Made by a program: the position numbers and the translations under genes. A DNA stretch of 64,000 bases from Thermoproteota archaeon. Lineage in GTDB: Archaea; Thermoproteota; Methanomethylicia; Methanomethylicales; Methanomethylicaceae. The stretch's first letter is position 1; every line of letters begins with the position of its first letter. The stretch is taken from contig JARXPE010000002.1 of assembly GCA_029887795.1 (NCBI GenBank), forward strand, positions 8,904-72,903, written 5' to 3'. Positions 18,770 to 29,495 of the stretch are shown one piece after another. Below the pieces are notes generated by a model, which worked only from the letters and a program-made list of their open reading frames with translations, had not been told where the DNA came from and searched no databases.

Positions 18770-18801
18770 CATAGGATCGTTAATGTTGCCTGAACTGTTG
18801 C

Positions 18802-19608
18802 CTAAACCAGAGCCCCCTCAGAGGACCTGCTGCACTGACAGCTTCGCTCTTTGGGGAGTTTTGGTATAATCTCCATCAGGAGCTTTCTGACTTTTTCTAC
18901 ATTTGCCTTTAAGGTCGTAACGACCTCCTCTGCGGTCACGGGCCTCTCAGCCCAAACATCATAATCTGTGACGGTAGCAAGTGTTGTATAGCATATCCCG
19001 CTCTCTCGGGCCAAGGAGACCTCTGGGACCAAAGTCATTCCAATTATGTCGGCACCCCAGCTGCGGAAGAGCCTAGACTCTGCCCTAGTAGAGAACCTTG
19101 GACCTTCTATGCATATGTATGTGGCCGGATGATGGCAGGACAAACCCAAAGCTTTAGCAGTATCTAGGCAGATTTTGTTGAGCTCTGGGCAGAATGGATC
19201 TGCCAAGGAGAAATGCCCAACAACAGCGCCGTCATAGAAAGAGTACGTTCGCCCCTTCGTGAAGTCAATGAATTGGTCGGGAATAACTAGATCTCCAGGT
19301 CTGACTTCCTCTTTCAGGCTTCCAACGGCCGATGGGGCGAGTATTCTCTTCACACCAAGGTCCCTCATCGCCCATATATTCGCACGGTAGTTTATGAGGT
19401 GAGGGGGTATGGAGTGCCTCTTTCCATGGCGTGGAAGGAAGGCAACCCTTACGCCCTTGATCTCGCCTACGGTGATTATATCAGAGGGAGGGCCGTATGG
19501 TGTGTGGATCTTGACCTCTGTGACAGACTCGAACATGGCAGGGTCGTAGAAGCCACTACCTCCTATAATGCCGATCTCGGCGCTACATATTGATGACAAT
19601 AAAACCAC
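18802..19608 (-). CDS. mtnP: S-methyl-5'-thioadenosine phosphorylase
   Basis: [37 protein letters not shown] and VTDYD. Confidence 0.95.
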   Translation of the reverse strand: MVLLSSICSAEIGIIGGSGFYDPAMFESVTEVKIHTPYGPPSDIITVGEIKGVRVAFLPRHGKRHSIPPHLINYRANIWAMRDLGVKRILAPSAVGSLKEEVRPGDLVIPDQFIDFTKGRTYSFYDGAVVGHFSLADPFCPELNKICLDTAKALGLSCHHPATYICIEGPRFSTRAESRLFRSWGADIIGMTLVPEVSLARESGICYTTLATVTDYDVWAERPVTAEEVVTTLKANVEKVRKLLMEIIPKLPKERSCQCSRSSEGALV

Positions 19609-19638
19609 CGATTGAGCTATGGTTCAGAGAATATAAAA

Positions 19639-20319
19639 CTATTTGGAAACTCGTCGATACATATCCCCTTCTTTTACAAAAAATCCAGTACTCACAAGGT
19701 AACTTAATGCCCTCTCGTAGTACCACCGGTCGAATGTCACCCCAAACCATTCTGGAAAACGGCCCGCGAGCGTCTCCAAGTCCCACGATTCATTTTCTTT
19801 TTCTTCGCTCACAATCCTTTTAAAGAACCCAATGATATCCTCAAGGCGTGTCCACGGGTACTGGTACCAGACCCATTCCTTGACCTCTTCGGCGTAATAG
19901 TCGGGCTTAATCTTGCTGCTAGTGGAGATCCACTGTAGAGTTGCCACCCTAAGCTCGTCGGGCTTGCATTTTGTCCATATGTGATCCTTGGCGATTATTA
20001 TTGATTCGCCCGTATCAGCAATGTCATCTACAATAAGTGCCCTTTTGTGGTTCAGATCACACTCTAGGGGGTACTTAACCCCGGCCTCCTTCGCAATTTG
20101 AGCTGCCGAGGGCCAATGTGAGACCTGTAAGGAGACAAGTTCGCCCACAACAAGTCTATCGCAGATCAGACGTGCTGGAACATAACCTCCTCTCGAGATT
20201 GCAATGATAACATCTGGTCTCCATCCCGATTCTAATATCTTATCACTGACTATTCTGCTCCATGATTCAACTTCTTCCCAGCTGACTTTCTTCGTGTTGA
20301 CTTTGGGCAAATCCTTCAC
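19639..20319 (-). CDS. Purine phosphoribosyltransferase (type I PRTase)
   Basis: ISRGG, PRPP-binding LIVDDIADTGES and W..YPW; co-oriented with mtnP. Confidence 0.88.
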   Translation of the reverse strand: MKDLPKVNTKKVSWEEVESWSRIVSDKILESGWRPDVIIAISRGGYVPARLICDRLVVGELVSLQVSHWPSAAQIAKEAGVKYPLECDLNHKRALIVDDIADTGESIIIAKDHIWTKCKPDELRVATLQWISTSSKIKPDYYAEEVKEWVWYQYPWTRLEDIIGFFKRIVSEEKENESWDLETLAGRFPEWFGVTFDRWYYERALSYLVSTGFFVKEGDMYRRVSK

Positions 20320-20366
20320 CTAAAGGTCAATATTATGGTCAGCGGTTATAGATTTACCGCCCTAAC

Positions 20367-20390
20367 TTTATGATAACCAAGTTATATAAA
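20367..20390. promoter_or_regulatory. Palindromic operator candidate overlapping the TATA box of the permease-tenA operon
   Basis: TTTATG-ATAAC-CAA-GTTAT-ATAAA; the perfect core ATAAC-N3-GTTAT lies at 20373-20385. Confidence 0.45.
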
Positions 20391-20431
20391 AATTTTTATT
20401 AAAATATGAGAACTATGACAAGGGGACAGTT

Positions 20432-21709
20432 TTGAAGTATTCTGAGTCGGCGATATACCCAGTTGAGCCTAGGGACAGGGTGCTTACGGGCATCGACCTC
20501 GCCTTGCTTTGGGCGGGCTCAGCGATAGTGGTCGACGTCTGGTACAGCGGGGGGTACCTTTATCCCATCGGATGGGTCCCAGGAATTTTATTAATAATCC
20601 TCGGCTCATTCGTTGGGAGTTTCATATTTGCGGCTGCAGGTGTGATAGGCTCGGACCTAGGCGTACCATCAATGGTCACAGTTAGGGCAAGCTTTGGTTT
20701 GAGGGGATCTTACTTAATGAGCGCATTAAACTACATCACGCTCATCGGATGGACAGCATGGATGTTGTTTATAAATGCTTCCGCCGCAGATCAGATTGGG
20801 TCTATCCTCTTCAATTTCACAGGTTTCCCCTACTGGGTTTTAATTGGAGGCATTATATGCACAGCTCTGGCCATATTTGGGGCTGAGGGCTGGAAGGTCT
20901 TCAATAGGGCTTCAGTCACAGCGTTGGTTGTGACAACGCTTGCCATAAACTTCTTCGTTTTTGCAAACTATGGATGGGATTACTTGGCATCAAAGCCCTC
21001 GTGGGGGATGCCCCCTGGTGTTGCGTTCGATCTGGCATTGATAATGCCTTTATCTTGGGCGCCCTTAGCAGCAGACTATATGCGCTTTGCCAGGTCTTCG
21101 AAAGGCGGGTTTGTAGGGTCTCTTATCGGACAGGGCAGCGTAAACTCGTGGTTTTACATAACAGGGTTGGCCTGTGCCCTCGCATTTGGGATGTATGATC
21201 CCACCGTCTACGTGACTCAGGTGGGAGGTTTCACTTTTGGAATAATAGCGCTTTTTGTGATCTGGTTTGGGACGATTACCACTACTTTCTTGGACATTTA
21301 TTCTGCCAACATGTCAATCATAAACATATTCCCAAAGGTGAAGGAGTGGCAGGGAAGTGTTATTACGGGGATTGCTGGAATAATAATCGCATTTCTTCCG
21401 TGGCTTGATGCGTTCGTTCAATTCCTTTACATAATTGGAGCGGTCTTTATTCCATTATTTGCGATTGTTGTGGTAGACTACTTCCTGTTGAAAAAGAGAA
21501 GATATAGCATCCAAGATCTCTATGCTCCGTCAGGGAGTTACTGGTTCAAGAGGGGTATAAGCCTAGTTGCCCTAGTTGCTTGGATAATCGGGGTAGCAAT
21601 TTACTACGCCGTACAACAGTCCCTTCCCGACCTTGGTGCGACTTTACCTTCATTCATAGCCACATCTTTAATATACTACATTATGAGGAGGGGTTTTGGT
21701 GATCTCTAA
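20432..21709 (+). CDS. NCS1 nucleobase/cytosine permease (CytX-like, probably a thiamine-precursor transporter)
   Basis: About 12 TM helices; R.SFG.RG, GW, SWAP..ADY.R and DYF motifs; overlaps tenA. Confidence 0.85.
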   Translation: MKYSESAIYPVEPRDRVLTGIDLALLWAGSAIVVDVWYSGGYLYPIGWVPGILLIILGSFVGSFIFAAAGVIGSDLGVPSMVTVRASFGLRGSYLMSALNYITLIGWTAWMLFINASAADQIGSILFNFTGFPYWVLIGGIICTALAIFGAEGWKVFNRASVTALVVTTLAINFFVFANYGWDYLASKPSWGMPPGVAFDLALIMPLSWAPLAADYMRFARSSKGGFVGSLIGQGSVNSWFYITGLACALAFGMYDPTVYVTQVGGFTFGIIALFVIWFGTITTTFLDIYSANMSIINIFPKVKEWQGSVITGIAGIIIAFLPWLDAFVQFLYIIGAVFIPLFAIVVVDYFLLKKRRYSIQDLYAPSGSYWFKRGISLVALVAWIIGVAIYYAVQQSLPDLGATLPSFIATSLIYYIMRRGFGDL

Positions 21710-22352
21710 AGTCTTTAGAGAAAGAGCAGATCCCATATGGAGAAGCATACTCAAACACCCATTTCTTGAGGGGCTAAAAACTGGTACGCTGCCTAAGGAG
21801 TCCTTTAAGTTCTTCGTCGCTCAGGATTTCCTTTTCCTGCAATGTATGATAAAGTGTCTTAAAATAACTGAGACAAAGGCGACAGACAATTACTCGAAGA
21901 GGCTCATCTCGAGTATGAGAAGTTCGTCGGAGGGTGTTGAGATGGAAAGTCTAAGTAGATTAGCGGATAGGCTCGGAGGCATAAATTTCAAGGCGGTTGA
22001 ATATGCTCCCACCTGCTATGCATACACAAGGCATCTCTTGTGTACAGCTTCTTTGGGATCCTTTGTTGAGGCGATGGCGGCAATTACGCCCTGCTACTGG
22101 AGCTATATGGAGATCGGAGAGCACCTCCAAAGCTCACCAGATCCTATCTATGATGGATGGATAAAAACGTACATCTCCAAAGAATACAAGGATCTGGTCT
22201 CTGAGATACTTGGAGTTCTCGACCGTGCTGGTATAGGACAGTCTGAAGAATCAATTAATGCAGCCATGAAGGCGTTTTTGGTCAGTAGTGAGTATGAGTA
22301 TATGTTCTGGGACATGGCACATAATAGAGAAAAGTGGCGCCACGATCTATAA
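21696..22352 (+). CDS. tenA: Thiaminase II / aminopyrimidine aminohydrolase
   Basis: HPF..L..GTL, QD..F, catalytic PCYWSY, Y..WI..Y and E..FWDMA. Confidence 0.92.
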   Translation: MVISKVFRERADPIWRSILKHPFLEGLKTGTLPKESFKFFVAQDFLFLQCMIKCLKITETKATDNYSKRLISSMRSSSEGVEMESLSRLADRLGGINFKAVEYAPTCYAYTRHLLCTASLGSFVEAMAAITPCYWSYMEIGEHLQSSPDPIYDGWIKTYISKEYKDLVSEILGVLDRAGIGQSEESINAAMKAFLVSSEYEYMFWDMAHNREKWRHDL

Positions 22353-22470
22353 TAGTTCGAGGTGCCAATCAGGAGTTTTTTCAATTTTGTCAATCTTGTT
22401 TTTATTATCATTATTTTCAAACTTAAAAAACAGAAAATGGATTTAAGCATGTATTCGATTAAGACAGTTT

Positions 22471-23211
22471 ATGGTGCGAGTCATAGTCGTTAGAGATCTT
22501 GTGAAGGAATACCCAGGCAGGAGGGCACTGGACGGCATAACATTTGAGGTTGAAGAGGGAGAGGTCTTTGGTCTGATAGGACCGAACGGTGCTGGGAAGA
22601 CTACAACTCTGAGAATACTTGCCACGATTATAAAGCCCACATCTGGCTATGTGGAGGTTTGCGGTAAAGATGTCCTCAAGGAAGACATGGAGGTCAGAAG
22701 GCTTATAAGCTATCTACCCGAGGAAGCAGGGGCCTATTCCAACCTCTCGGGGCTGGAGTACCTTAGGTTCATGGCATCATTTTATTATAACGATGAGAAA
22801 AGTGTCAAAAGTGCCATCGAGAGGGCGATCGCGATATCTGGACTTGGAGAGAGGTTGAAGGAAAAGACTTCAAATTACAGCAAGGGGATGAGGCGCCGCC
22901 TCCTGTTGGCCAGGACGCTGATGGTCAGACCAAAGCTCGCGATATTGGACGAACCGACCTCCGGGCTGGATGTAACACATGCATATCACTTGAGAAGAGT
23001 CATAAAATCTTATTCAAAGGATTATGGCATAACGGTTCTGATATCAAGCCACAATATGCTGGAGGTAGAGTACCTCTGCGATAGGGTTGCACTTATTGAC
23101 CAAGGTAGGATCATTGAGACCGGCAGCCCAGATGAGTTGAAGAGTAAATATTCCACAGTCAATCTAGAGGACACCTTCATGAAGGTGGTTGGATTTGCCC
23201 AAGGGTCTTAA
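22471..23211 (+). CDS. ABC-2 type transporter ATP-binding protein (NatA-like)
   Basis: GPNGAGKTT, YSKGMRRR, LDEPTSGLD and SSH. Confidence 0.92.
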   Translation: MVRVIVVRDLVKEYPGRRALDGITFEVEEGEVFGLIGPNGAGKTTTLRILATIIKPTSGYVEVCGKDVLKEDMEVRRLISYLPEEAGAYSNLSGLEYLRFMASFYYNDEKSVKSAIERAIAISGLGERLKEKTSNYSKGMRRRLLLARTLMVRPKLAILDEPTSGLDVTHAYHLRRVIKSYSKDYGITVLISSHNMLEVEYLCDRVALIDQGRIIETGSPDELKSKYSTVNLEDTFMKVVGFAQGS

Positions 23212-24481
23212 GCTTTTGGTCATAAAGGAGGTTAAAGACCTACTCAGGGACCCAAAGATACTCATCGGAATGATCCTGTTCCCAGCACTGATACTCCCAA
23301 TCATGGGTGCAGCCATCAACATCTCAACGGGGTCATTGGTGGAGAAGAGTTCTGGTCCTCTAACCATCTACGTTTTGGACCAAGATGGGGGGAAGATCGC
23401 TCAGAAAGTTATGGGGTTTCTACGGGATAACAAAGTTGAGATCATAGTATTGAGTGGATCTTATCAAGATGCCATCAGGAATGTCGCTGGTGGGGGGGTA
23501 TTGATGGTGCTCCCTGAGGGACTATCACAAAAGATCGAATCGGGTACGAGGGGCGAGATTCTGATTTATTATGGTTTTAAAGACTTTTCCATACTCGAGT
23601 CTCTGAATGCCCAAAGGGTGAGCGGACTCCTCAGCACATTTGAAAATGTCTTGGTGAGGGATCTGATCTCTGAGAGTGCGCCTAGCGCCGACCCGGACTC
23701 GATACTCAACCCGCTCTCACTCAATGAAAAATCAGTGATAAAGGGCGTTGCCCAGCCCATATCTCCATACGTTTTGACCAACATAGTAAGGATGCAAGGT
23801 CTGATGGGGCCATTGGTCATAATGATAGTTCTGATACTTGCGATGCAGGTTGCCGCAACATCCATCGCTATTGAAAAAGAGGCGAAAACCCTTGAGACCC
23901 TGCTCACAATACCTGTCAGTAGACTAAACATATTGTTCGGAAAACTTGTGGGATCTGTGACGATAGCTTTGCTAGCAACCGTCGCCAATGTTTTTGCGTT
24001 CACCTACTATATCAGCTCAATAACTTCTCAGGCAATAAGTTCCATTGGAAATATTGATCTGGCCAGCGTTGGTTTGATACCGCCTCCCGAGGGGTATTTT
24101 CTGCTGGGTCTAACGCTGTTTGGTGCCCTCGTATCGGCACTTGCCTTAGCACTCACTCTCGGAACTCTAGCAAAAGATGTCAGGGGCGCCCAGTCTATAA
24201 TAGGGATCGTAATTGTCCCAGTATTCCTACCCACCATATTTCTGATGATGGGCGACATGCAGACCCTACCTGCCTCGATTCAGGCAGCGCTTTATGCGAT
24301 ACCATTCACTTACCCAGTCCTTGCTTCGCAGTCACTAATCACTGGAAATTATGCTCCAATATTGGCAGGGCTGGTTTACATGGCATTTTTCACTCTGTTC
24401 ACCCTTTACATTGCAGCCAAGGTTTTCACCACAGAAAAAGTCATGACGGGAAGACTCTCATTTAAGAGGCGCAGTCCTTAG
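23189..24481 (+). CDS. ABC-2 type permease (NatB-like)
   Basis: KE..DLLRD, EKEAKTLETLL..P and GK motifs; large extracytoplasmic loop plus TM helices. Confidence 0.88.
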   Translation: MDLPKGLKLLVIKEVKDLLRDPKILIGMILFPALILPIMGAAINISTGSLVEKSSGPLTIYVLDQDGGKIAQKVMGFLRDNKVEIIVLSGSYQDAIRNVAGGGVLMVLPEGLSQKIESGTRGEILIYYGFKDFSILESLNAQRVSGLLSTFENVLVRDLISESAPSADPDSILNPLSLNEKSVIKGVAQPISPYVLTNIVRMQGLMGPLVIMIVLILAMQVAATSIAIEKEAKTLETLLTIPVSRLNILFGKLVGSVTIALLATVANVFAFTYYISSITSQAISSIGNIDLASVGLIPPPEGYFLLGLTLFGALVSALALALTLGTLAKDVRGAQSIIGIVIVPVFLPTIFLMMGDMQTLPASIQAALYAIPFTYPVLASQSLITGNYAPILAGLVYMAFFTLFTLYIAAKVFTTEKVMTGRLSFKRRSP

Positions 24482-24537
24482 CAAGTCAAATATTTACACC
24501 ATTTTGATTTTCAGAGGTCTATCTCTAATATCAAAAA

Positions 24538-24921
24538 TTATGGTGCGATAGGTGATATCCTGACTAGATTTGGGGAGGCGGTGATCTGGAAGACTCTGCC
24601 CGTGCCGCCACCTTCCACGTTAACGCCAATATAAATTGATCTGACGGAGCCCTCAAGTCGTAATTTTAGATGTCCACCCTCACCCTCAACGACAATTGGA
24701 TTTTGAAATGATATTGAGGTGGTAATGTTCTTGCCCGATGTGATCGAGGCTGCAACCGCGCCTTTTATTGTTCCAGCAAGATAGTACAGAGCTTTTTCTG
24801 AGGAAAGTTCTTCTGTGAGCTGCGTGGCTCTAGCAAAGATCAGCGAGGAGGAGGTCGTGATAACAGCTGAGAGGGAAAGTAAAGAGGCTGTGATCAGAAC
24901 CTCTACTAAAACCCGGTCCAT
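24538..24921 (-). CDS. Small secreted, pilin-like protein
   Basis: ATG 24921, 4 nt after the upstream stop: MDRVLVEVLITASLLSLSAVI, a long N-terminal helix, then a beta-rich domain. Confidence 0.6.
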   Translation of the reverse strand: MDRVLVEVLITASLLSLSAVITTSSSLIFARATQLTEELSSEKALYYLAGTIKGAVAASITSGKNITTSISFQNPIVVEGEGGHLKLRLEGSVRSIYIGVNVEGGGTGRVFQITASPNLVRISPIAP

Positions 24922-24925
24922 ACGC

Positions 24926-25615
24926 TCAACTCCTAGGCATAGGTCTGAGTCGCACACTGTAATGCAAAGACTCTACCAGCAGCTTCTCGCCTGCCTTTAC
25001 TTCGAAACGAAGGCAATTCACACCATTCACATAAACACTAACAGTCCCATCATAAAGGAATACCCTCTCATACAGGTGCCTGTCAACCTCCGTGCTCTCC
25101 TTGAGAAGGTCAAATGACCCTGAGATCGTAATGTCTGACAGGTAACAGGTCCTTATTGATATGAAATACAGTGGTGTATTGCTGATATCTACGGATTTTA
25201 CTGGCGGGATTACTATCACCTTTGGCTGGATATAAAATCCATCAGAGGTGGAGTAGAGTAGCAGAGGGTCAGAGGTATCCGTAGATATCTCGGATGCGAG
25301 AGGTGATGCAAATTGAGCCCCTCTCACGAGTAGGGCATTCTTTGGGACTTGCCATTGGATTAAGTCCCCCGCCAAAAATACAGTTATGTTATTTTCGCCA
25401 ACCCTTATAGCAGTCATGGTCCTAGACCCTGTGGAGAAACCATAGACAACTTTTGGATCTTTTTCCATTAAGTAGGATCCCAGTTCTGCAGCCTTCTCAC
25501 CTATATTCTCTAAGCCGACATCTCTATTGATAATTAGGGGGGCATATGTGGCAGAGTAGGAGATAAGCCCCACAATGGCGACCGCGATTAAAACCCTCGA
25601 GAGCGCCTGTTCCAT
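24926..25615 (-). CDS. Secreted or membrane-anchored, pilin-like protein
   Basis: N-terminal hydrophobic helix MEQALSRVLIAVAIVGLISY, an amphipathic helix, then a beta-rich body; 3 nt from the upstream gene. Confidence 0.65.
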   Translation of the reverse strand: MEQALSRVLIAVAIVGLISYSATYAPLIINRDVGLENIGEKAAELGSYLMEKDPKVVYGFSTGSRTMTAIRVGENNITVFLAGDLIQWQVPKNALLVRGAQFASPLASEISTDTSDPLLLYSTSDGFYIQPKVIVIPPVKSVDISNTPLYFISIRTCYLSDITISGSFDLLKESTEVDRHLYERVFLYDGTVSVYVNGVNCLRFEVKAGEKLLVESLHYSVRLRPMPRS

Positions 25616-25618
25616 GAA

Positions 25619-28600
25619 CTACCAACCCTCTGGAATGTTTAGCGAGGCTGCTAGGAGGAGTATCCCCTCCTTTGCAGGACTATAAAGGATGTTTGTGCTG
25701 TGCGGGGGAACCAATGTGAGGTAGAGATCCCCGGGATGATCTCTCAAAAAATCTTTGAGCGAAGGATGTGTGATGAAGAGGGCCGACCCAATCTCAGTTA
25801 GTCCTTGAGGGATCTTGACATTATCTTGGATTTTCCACCTCATCCCTGATGGATCGACGGCAAACAAGGAATCGCCAGACCTCTCTAACGGCGCTATTAC
25901 AGATGATCCATGTGTGCAGTTCGGCAAAAGTCCATTCATTCCATCCCATTCCACGGGCGAATTGAGCCAAAGATAGGCGGTCGCGCCCTTTAGGTCAGGG
26001 CGGCTGGGAGATCCCAAATCAAAGGCTTCAAGGAGCAGGCAGGTTTCATTGTGCATTAAAAACTGGACCGACACAGTTGTGAATTTCACGGAAGGGCCTC
26101 GGAACCAAGTCATGGAGGACGGATGGTCTCCGTTATTTGAATATAGAGCGACGTTCCAAACGCTTTGAAGGTAAGGTATGTTGACAAGCCTTTGATAGGG
26201 AATTCTCAAAGTTGCTGTCCCATTATTGTCAATCGGGGAAGAAAATCCGAGATCCCACTCCTTAAACCCGAATATGTATGATCCTCCTCTGTTTTTAACC
26301 GGCGTTCCTGAGGTGAAGAGCATTGAAAAGCGGGCTTCCGTCCCAGTTAGGTCATATTCAAACTCCACCACTGTAGTTATATTTTCAGAATGCCATGTTC
26401 CGACACTGTTCCATTGAGATGTTTGAGTTCGGATCTCGGCATACGCATAGTAAGTGCCCGGAAGATCTTTAGCAACCCAGCATTTATCTTCGAGCGAACC
26501 CAGTTTTATGGAGAAATGCCCAGAGGAGTTCGTGGTGGTGCGCCCCTCTAGCTTAATTAAATGGTCATCCGTAATTTTAGCGGCGCGGGCGTCCCAACAA
26601 GAGGCGCCCTCCAAGTCTAACCAAGCTAGTACGGTGATCTCCGTTGGGGAGATTATACCAGGAAGCTTACCTGTCACGTTCACCCCCACAAACTCGCCCA
26701 AAATCACTTTCTTGATGATGGCCCCGGATACAAGATTACAAGGACCGACATTGATCGCCTCAGGATTAACATAATCAGTGTCAAAGATTGCTAAGAGTTC
26801 GTGATCGGAGTCCATGAATATAGAGCATCTCTGTCCACCGCCGAAGGGGGTGCCATCTAAGATCCAGCCTGAGAAGTAGTATAGGCTATCTGTGACGAGT
26901 GCCTCAACAGTTTGGTTGCTATATCTTGGAAGAAGGTACTCTCCAGGGGACGGCAAGGTCGTCCCGCCCGACGTTGCGGATACTCTAAGCTTAAAGGTCG
27001 GTTGGACTGGTGTGAAGTAGACTTTGACAGTGTGGGGCTCTTTCACATCGTTTATTGTAACTTCTTCAGAATAGTAGGTCTTCCCGTCCACAACCACTTT
27101 GTCGACGTAATAGCCCGAGTAAGGCTCGACCCTTATGGTTATATCGTAGTTGTGATCCACTAGGTAGATCCCCCAACGGTGTACATCTTGATGATACAAT
27201 GAGAATGAGGGGGAATTTGAGGAGATGGTGACTCGTCCCCAGTCGGGCGTATCAGTGCTGACGTTCACAGGGTAGTCAACCCATTTCAAGTTCAAGGTTA
27301 CCAGATATGGCGAGTAGCTTGTTATCCATAGCCCATAAGAGTTCGGGTACATCAATTGTTGAGGAGGTATTTCTACCTTAGTTGCCCCAAAAATGTAATT
27401 TGCAGAAAAGATTTTTGCAATAGGCGAGCCGCCCCAAGTGTCAACCAATAATCCCTCTCCATTCCTTGGTATAAATTGGAAATATACTGCATCGCTTATA
27501 TTTACGGGATATGTTGCTGGGTTTGAGAGTACAAGACCATATCCAGCGAGGCTCACAAAGCCATACATGTAATAGTCCGCGGTTTTCCATCCGAAGCCGT
27601 CCCAATACCTGACATCAAGTGTAATGGAAGATTGGGGTTGCTTTTTAATTGGTATGAAAGTTGCTTCCAATGTGTGGTTATCGTACATTGTTAGGGTGAA
27701 GGGGTTCGCTGAGCCGCCGGAGCTCCCGTCGAGCGTCCATCCATTGAATTGATGTTCAGCATCAGGAATAGCCTCTACGACGACTGTCTGACCTGATGGG
27801 TAGCGATATACACCTGGCTGGGGGGAGGTCGTTCCGCCAGTCTCTGCCCTCAAATCCAAGAGATACAGAGCAGGGGAGATCCTTATCAAAACCTCAACAG
27901 ATCTTGTTATCTCTCCGGCTACGCCTTTAACCAAACAGACATAATCGCCTGGCGGCGTCAAGGGGGTAGTGGAGACCGATAAAATTGAGGTGAAATTCGT
28001 CAGCGAAGAGGGGGGAGATATCTTAACCGCAGATCCAGTAGGAACTAACCCGACCCACTCTAGGTTGAGTGTTACTGGTATAGCTGTTGAGGAATTCACG
28101 AAGATTTTAGTTGAAGAGGATTCGCCTGGTCTCAATGAAATGTCGTGTTCTTTGGTAATGGTGAAGTCAAAATTGGAGATAACCGATATTGGACCAACCT
28201 CAGCAACGCCCTTCCTACCAACACTGTCAAAGACGGTGACCTTTGCCATATACGAGCCGGGATGGGCGTATACGTGGTACGGGTTCTGCAGATTGGACAC
28301 TCCAAAGTCTCCAAAGTCCCAGCTGTATGAATATGGAGGAGTGCCTCCATAAGCAGAACAGGCAAAGGTGACGTTTAGTGGTGGAAGGCCTTCGGTTGGA
28401 TGAGCCGACGCAAAAACTTGAAGTGCTGATGTAAACTTAGCCTTCAGGGTATGATTGGAGTTCATAATAACATTAAATGTCTTTTGAGATCCTGAAGGTA
28501 CACCATCAAGGGTCCAGTAATCCAAAGAACATCCTTCATTCGGGACGGCGGTGACCTGAACTTGTTCACCCATCTTTTTGATGTATTGTCCTGGAGGAGG

Positions 28601-29494
28601 GATCGTTGTGCCTCCACCCTCGACCTGTATTGTAAGTGCCAATGAACTTACTCTAATCGATAGAGTCTTTACGTCTGATACTCCAACAGAGTCTGTGACC
28701 GTGCAGCTGACTTGATAGATTCCAGGCTCATAAAACGTCCATAATGGTTCTTTTTCAGTAGAAAACCCATTACCGAAGTCCCAAAGGTAAAAGTAGGGTG
28801 CAACACCGTCCTTGGCCTCAGCGCAAAAACTTATGGTGAGGGGAGCGATGCCCTCTGACGGATAGGCCTGTACATCCAATTCGGTTCGATGTAAAGTCAC
28901 TCTCACCAAAGAGAATCGCATTTCGACCTTGGCTTCTGAATACTCTACGATATGTTCGTTGTTTGGATACCAAAAATCCGCGAGCGCCCATAGGGACGGA
29001 CCATCGAATTCTATTGTTCTTGATCCTAAGACTTTTGAGCCTGAAATGGTATAACCGTAAGAGGTCTGACCCATGCCGTAGGGAGGTTCGTGGTACCTCT
29101 CCACATCAATCGAGATCCCTTCGGCGATCCATTCTAGGTATGAGAATACTGTAGAGGTCTCACCCACAAATTTGTAGAGACCAGAGGAATTTACGTTGGG
29201 ACGGGTTGCGGAGCCTATTGGTACCATTGCATAAGCGTAGACAGATATCCCATTAGGCAGAGCTACTGAATGATTATATCTTATGGGATCACCACTGTCA
29301 AAGCCGTAGATCTGAGAGAGTGCATTTCCAGCAGGATAAAAACCATTCTGAAATACAAAATCGCCAGGATTTAACTCTAGCGTTTTGGTGTAGGCAAGTG
29401 CACATGGTATGTTTCTGGCTAGTGCTACGACCACTGTAAATAAAACGAATATCAACATCAGTCTAATTATCCGTTCATTTAGCATACGAATCAC
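25619..29494 (-). CDS. Large secreted surface protein with PKD and InlB B-repeat-like domains
   Basis: Signal peptide; two PKD domains (WDFGNG, WDFGDF, PG.Y.V..TVTD); three clear and one degenerate GGTT.P.PG.Y...W.LDG...H.L.A.F repeats. Confidence 0.85.
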   Translation of the reverse strand: MIRMLNERIIRLMLIFVLFTVVVALARNIPCALAYTKTLELNPGDFVFQNGFYPAGNALSQIYGFDSGDPIRYNHSVALPNGISVYAYAMVPIGSATRPNVNSSGLYKFVGETSTVFSYLEWIAEGISIDVERYHEPPYGMGQTSYGYTISGSKVLGSRTIEFDGPSLWALADFWYPNNEHIVEYSEAKVEMRFSLVRVTLHRTELDVQAYPSEGIAPLTISFCAEAKDGVAPYFYLWDFGNGFSTEKEPLWTFYEPGIYQVSCTVTDSVGVSDVKTLSIRVSSLALTIQVEGGGTTIPPPGQYIKKMGEQVQVTAVPNEGCSLDYWTLDGVPSGSQKTFNVIMNSNHTLKAKFTSALQVFASAHPTEGLPPLNVTFACSAYGGTPPYSYSWDFGDFGVSNLQNPYHVYAHPGSYMAKVTVFDSVGRKGVAEVGPISVISNFDFTITKEHDISLRPGESSSTKIFVNSSTAIPVTLNLEWVGLVPTGSAVKISPPSSLTNFTSILSVSTTPLTPPGDYVCLVKGVAGEITRSVEVLIRISPALYLLDLRAETGGTTSPQPGVYRYPSGQTVVVEAIPDAEHQFNGWTLDGSSGGSANPFTLTMYDNHTLEATFIPIKKQPQSSITLDVRYWDGFGWKTADYYMYGFVSLAGYGLVLSNPATYPVNISDAVYFQFIPRNGEGLLVDTWGGSPIAKIFSANYIFGATKVEIPPQQLMYPNSYGLWITSYSPYLVTLNLKWVDYPVNVSTDTPDWGRVTISSNSPSFSLYHQDVHRWGIYLVDHNYDITIRVEPYSGYYVDKVVVDGKTYYSEEVTINDVKEPHTVKVYFTPVQPTFKLRVSATSGGTTLPSPGEYLLPRYSNQTVEALVTDSLYYFSGWILDGTPFGGGQRCSIFMDSDHELLAIFDTDYVNPEAINVGPCNLVSGAIIKKVILGEFVGVNVTGKLPGIISPTEITVLAWLDLEGASCWDARAAKITDDHLIKLEGRTTTNSSGHFSIKLGSLEDKCWVAKDLPGTYYAYAEIRTQTSQWNSVGTWHSENITTVVEFEYDLTGTEARFSMLFTSGTPVKNRGGSYIFGFKEWDLGFSSPIDNNGTATLRIPYQRLVNIPYLQSVWNVALYSNNGDHPSSMTWFRGPSVKFTTVSVQFLMHNETCLLLEAFDLGSPSRPDLKGATAYLWLNSPVEWDGMNGLLPNCTHGSSVIAPLERSGDSLFAVDPSGMRWKIQDNVKIPQGLTEIGSALFITHPSLKDFLRDHPGDLYLTLVPPHSTNILYSPAKEGILLLAASLNIPEGW

Positions 29495-29495
29495 A

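Noticed and set aside
20320..20431. TPP riboswitch upstream of the permease-tenA operon
   Set aside because: The region is short and AT-rich and lacks the CTGAGA and related conserved TPP aptamer elements.
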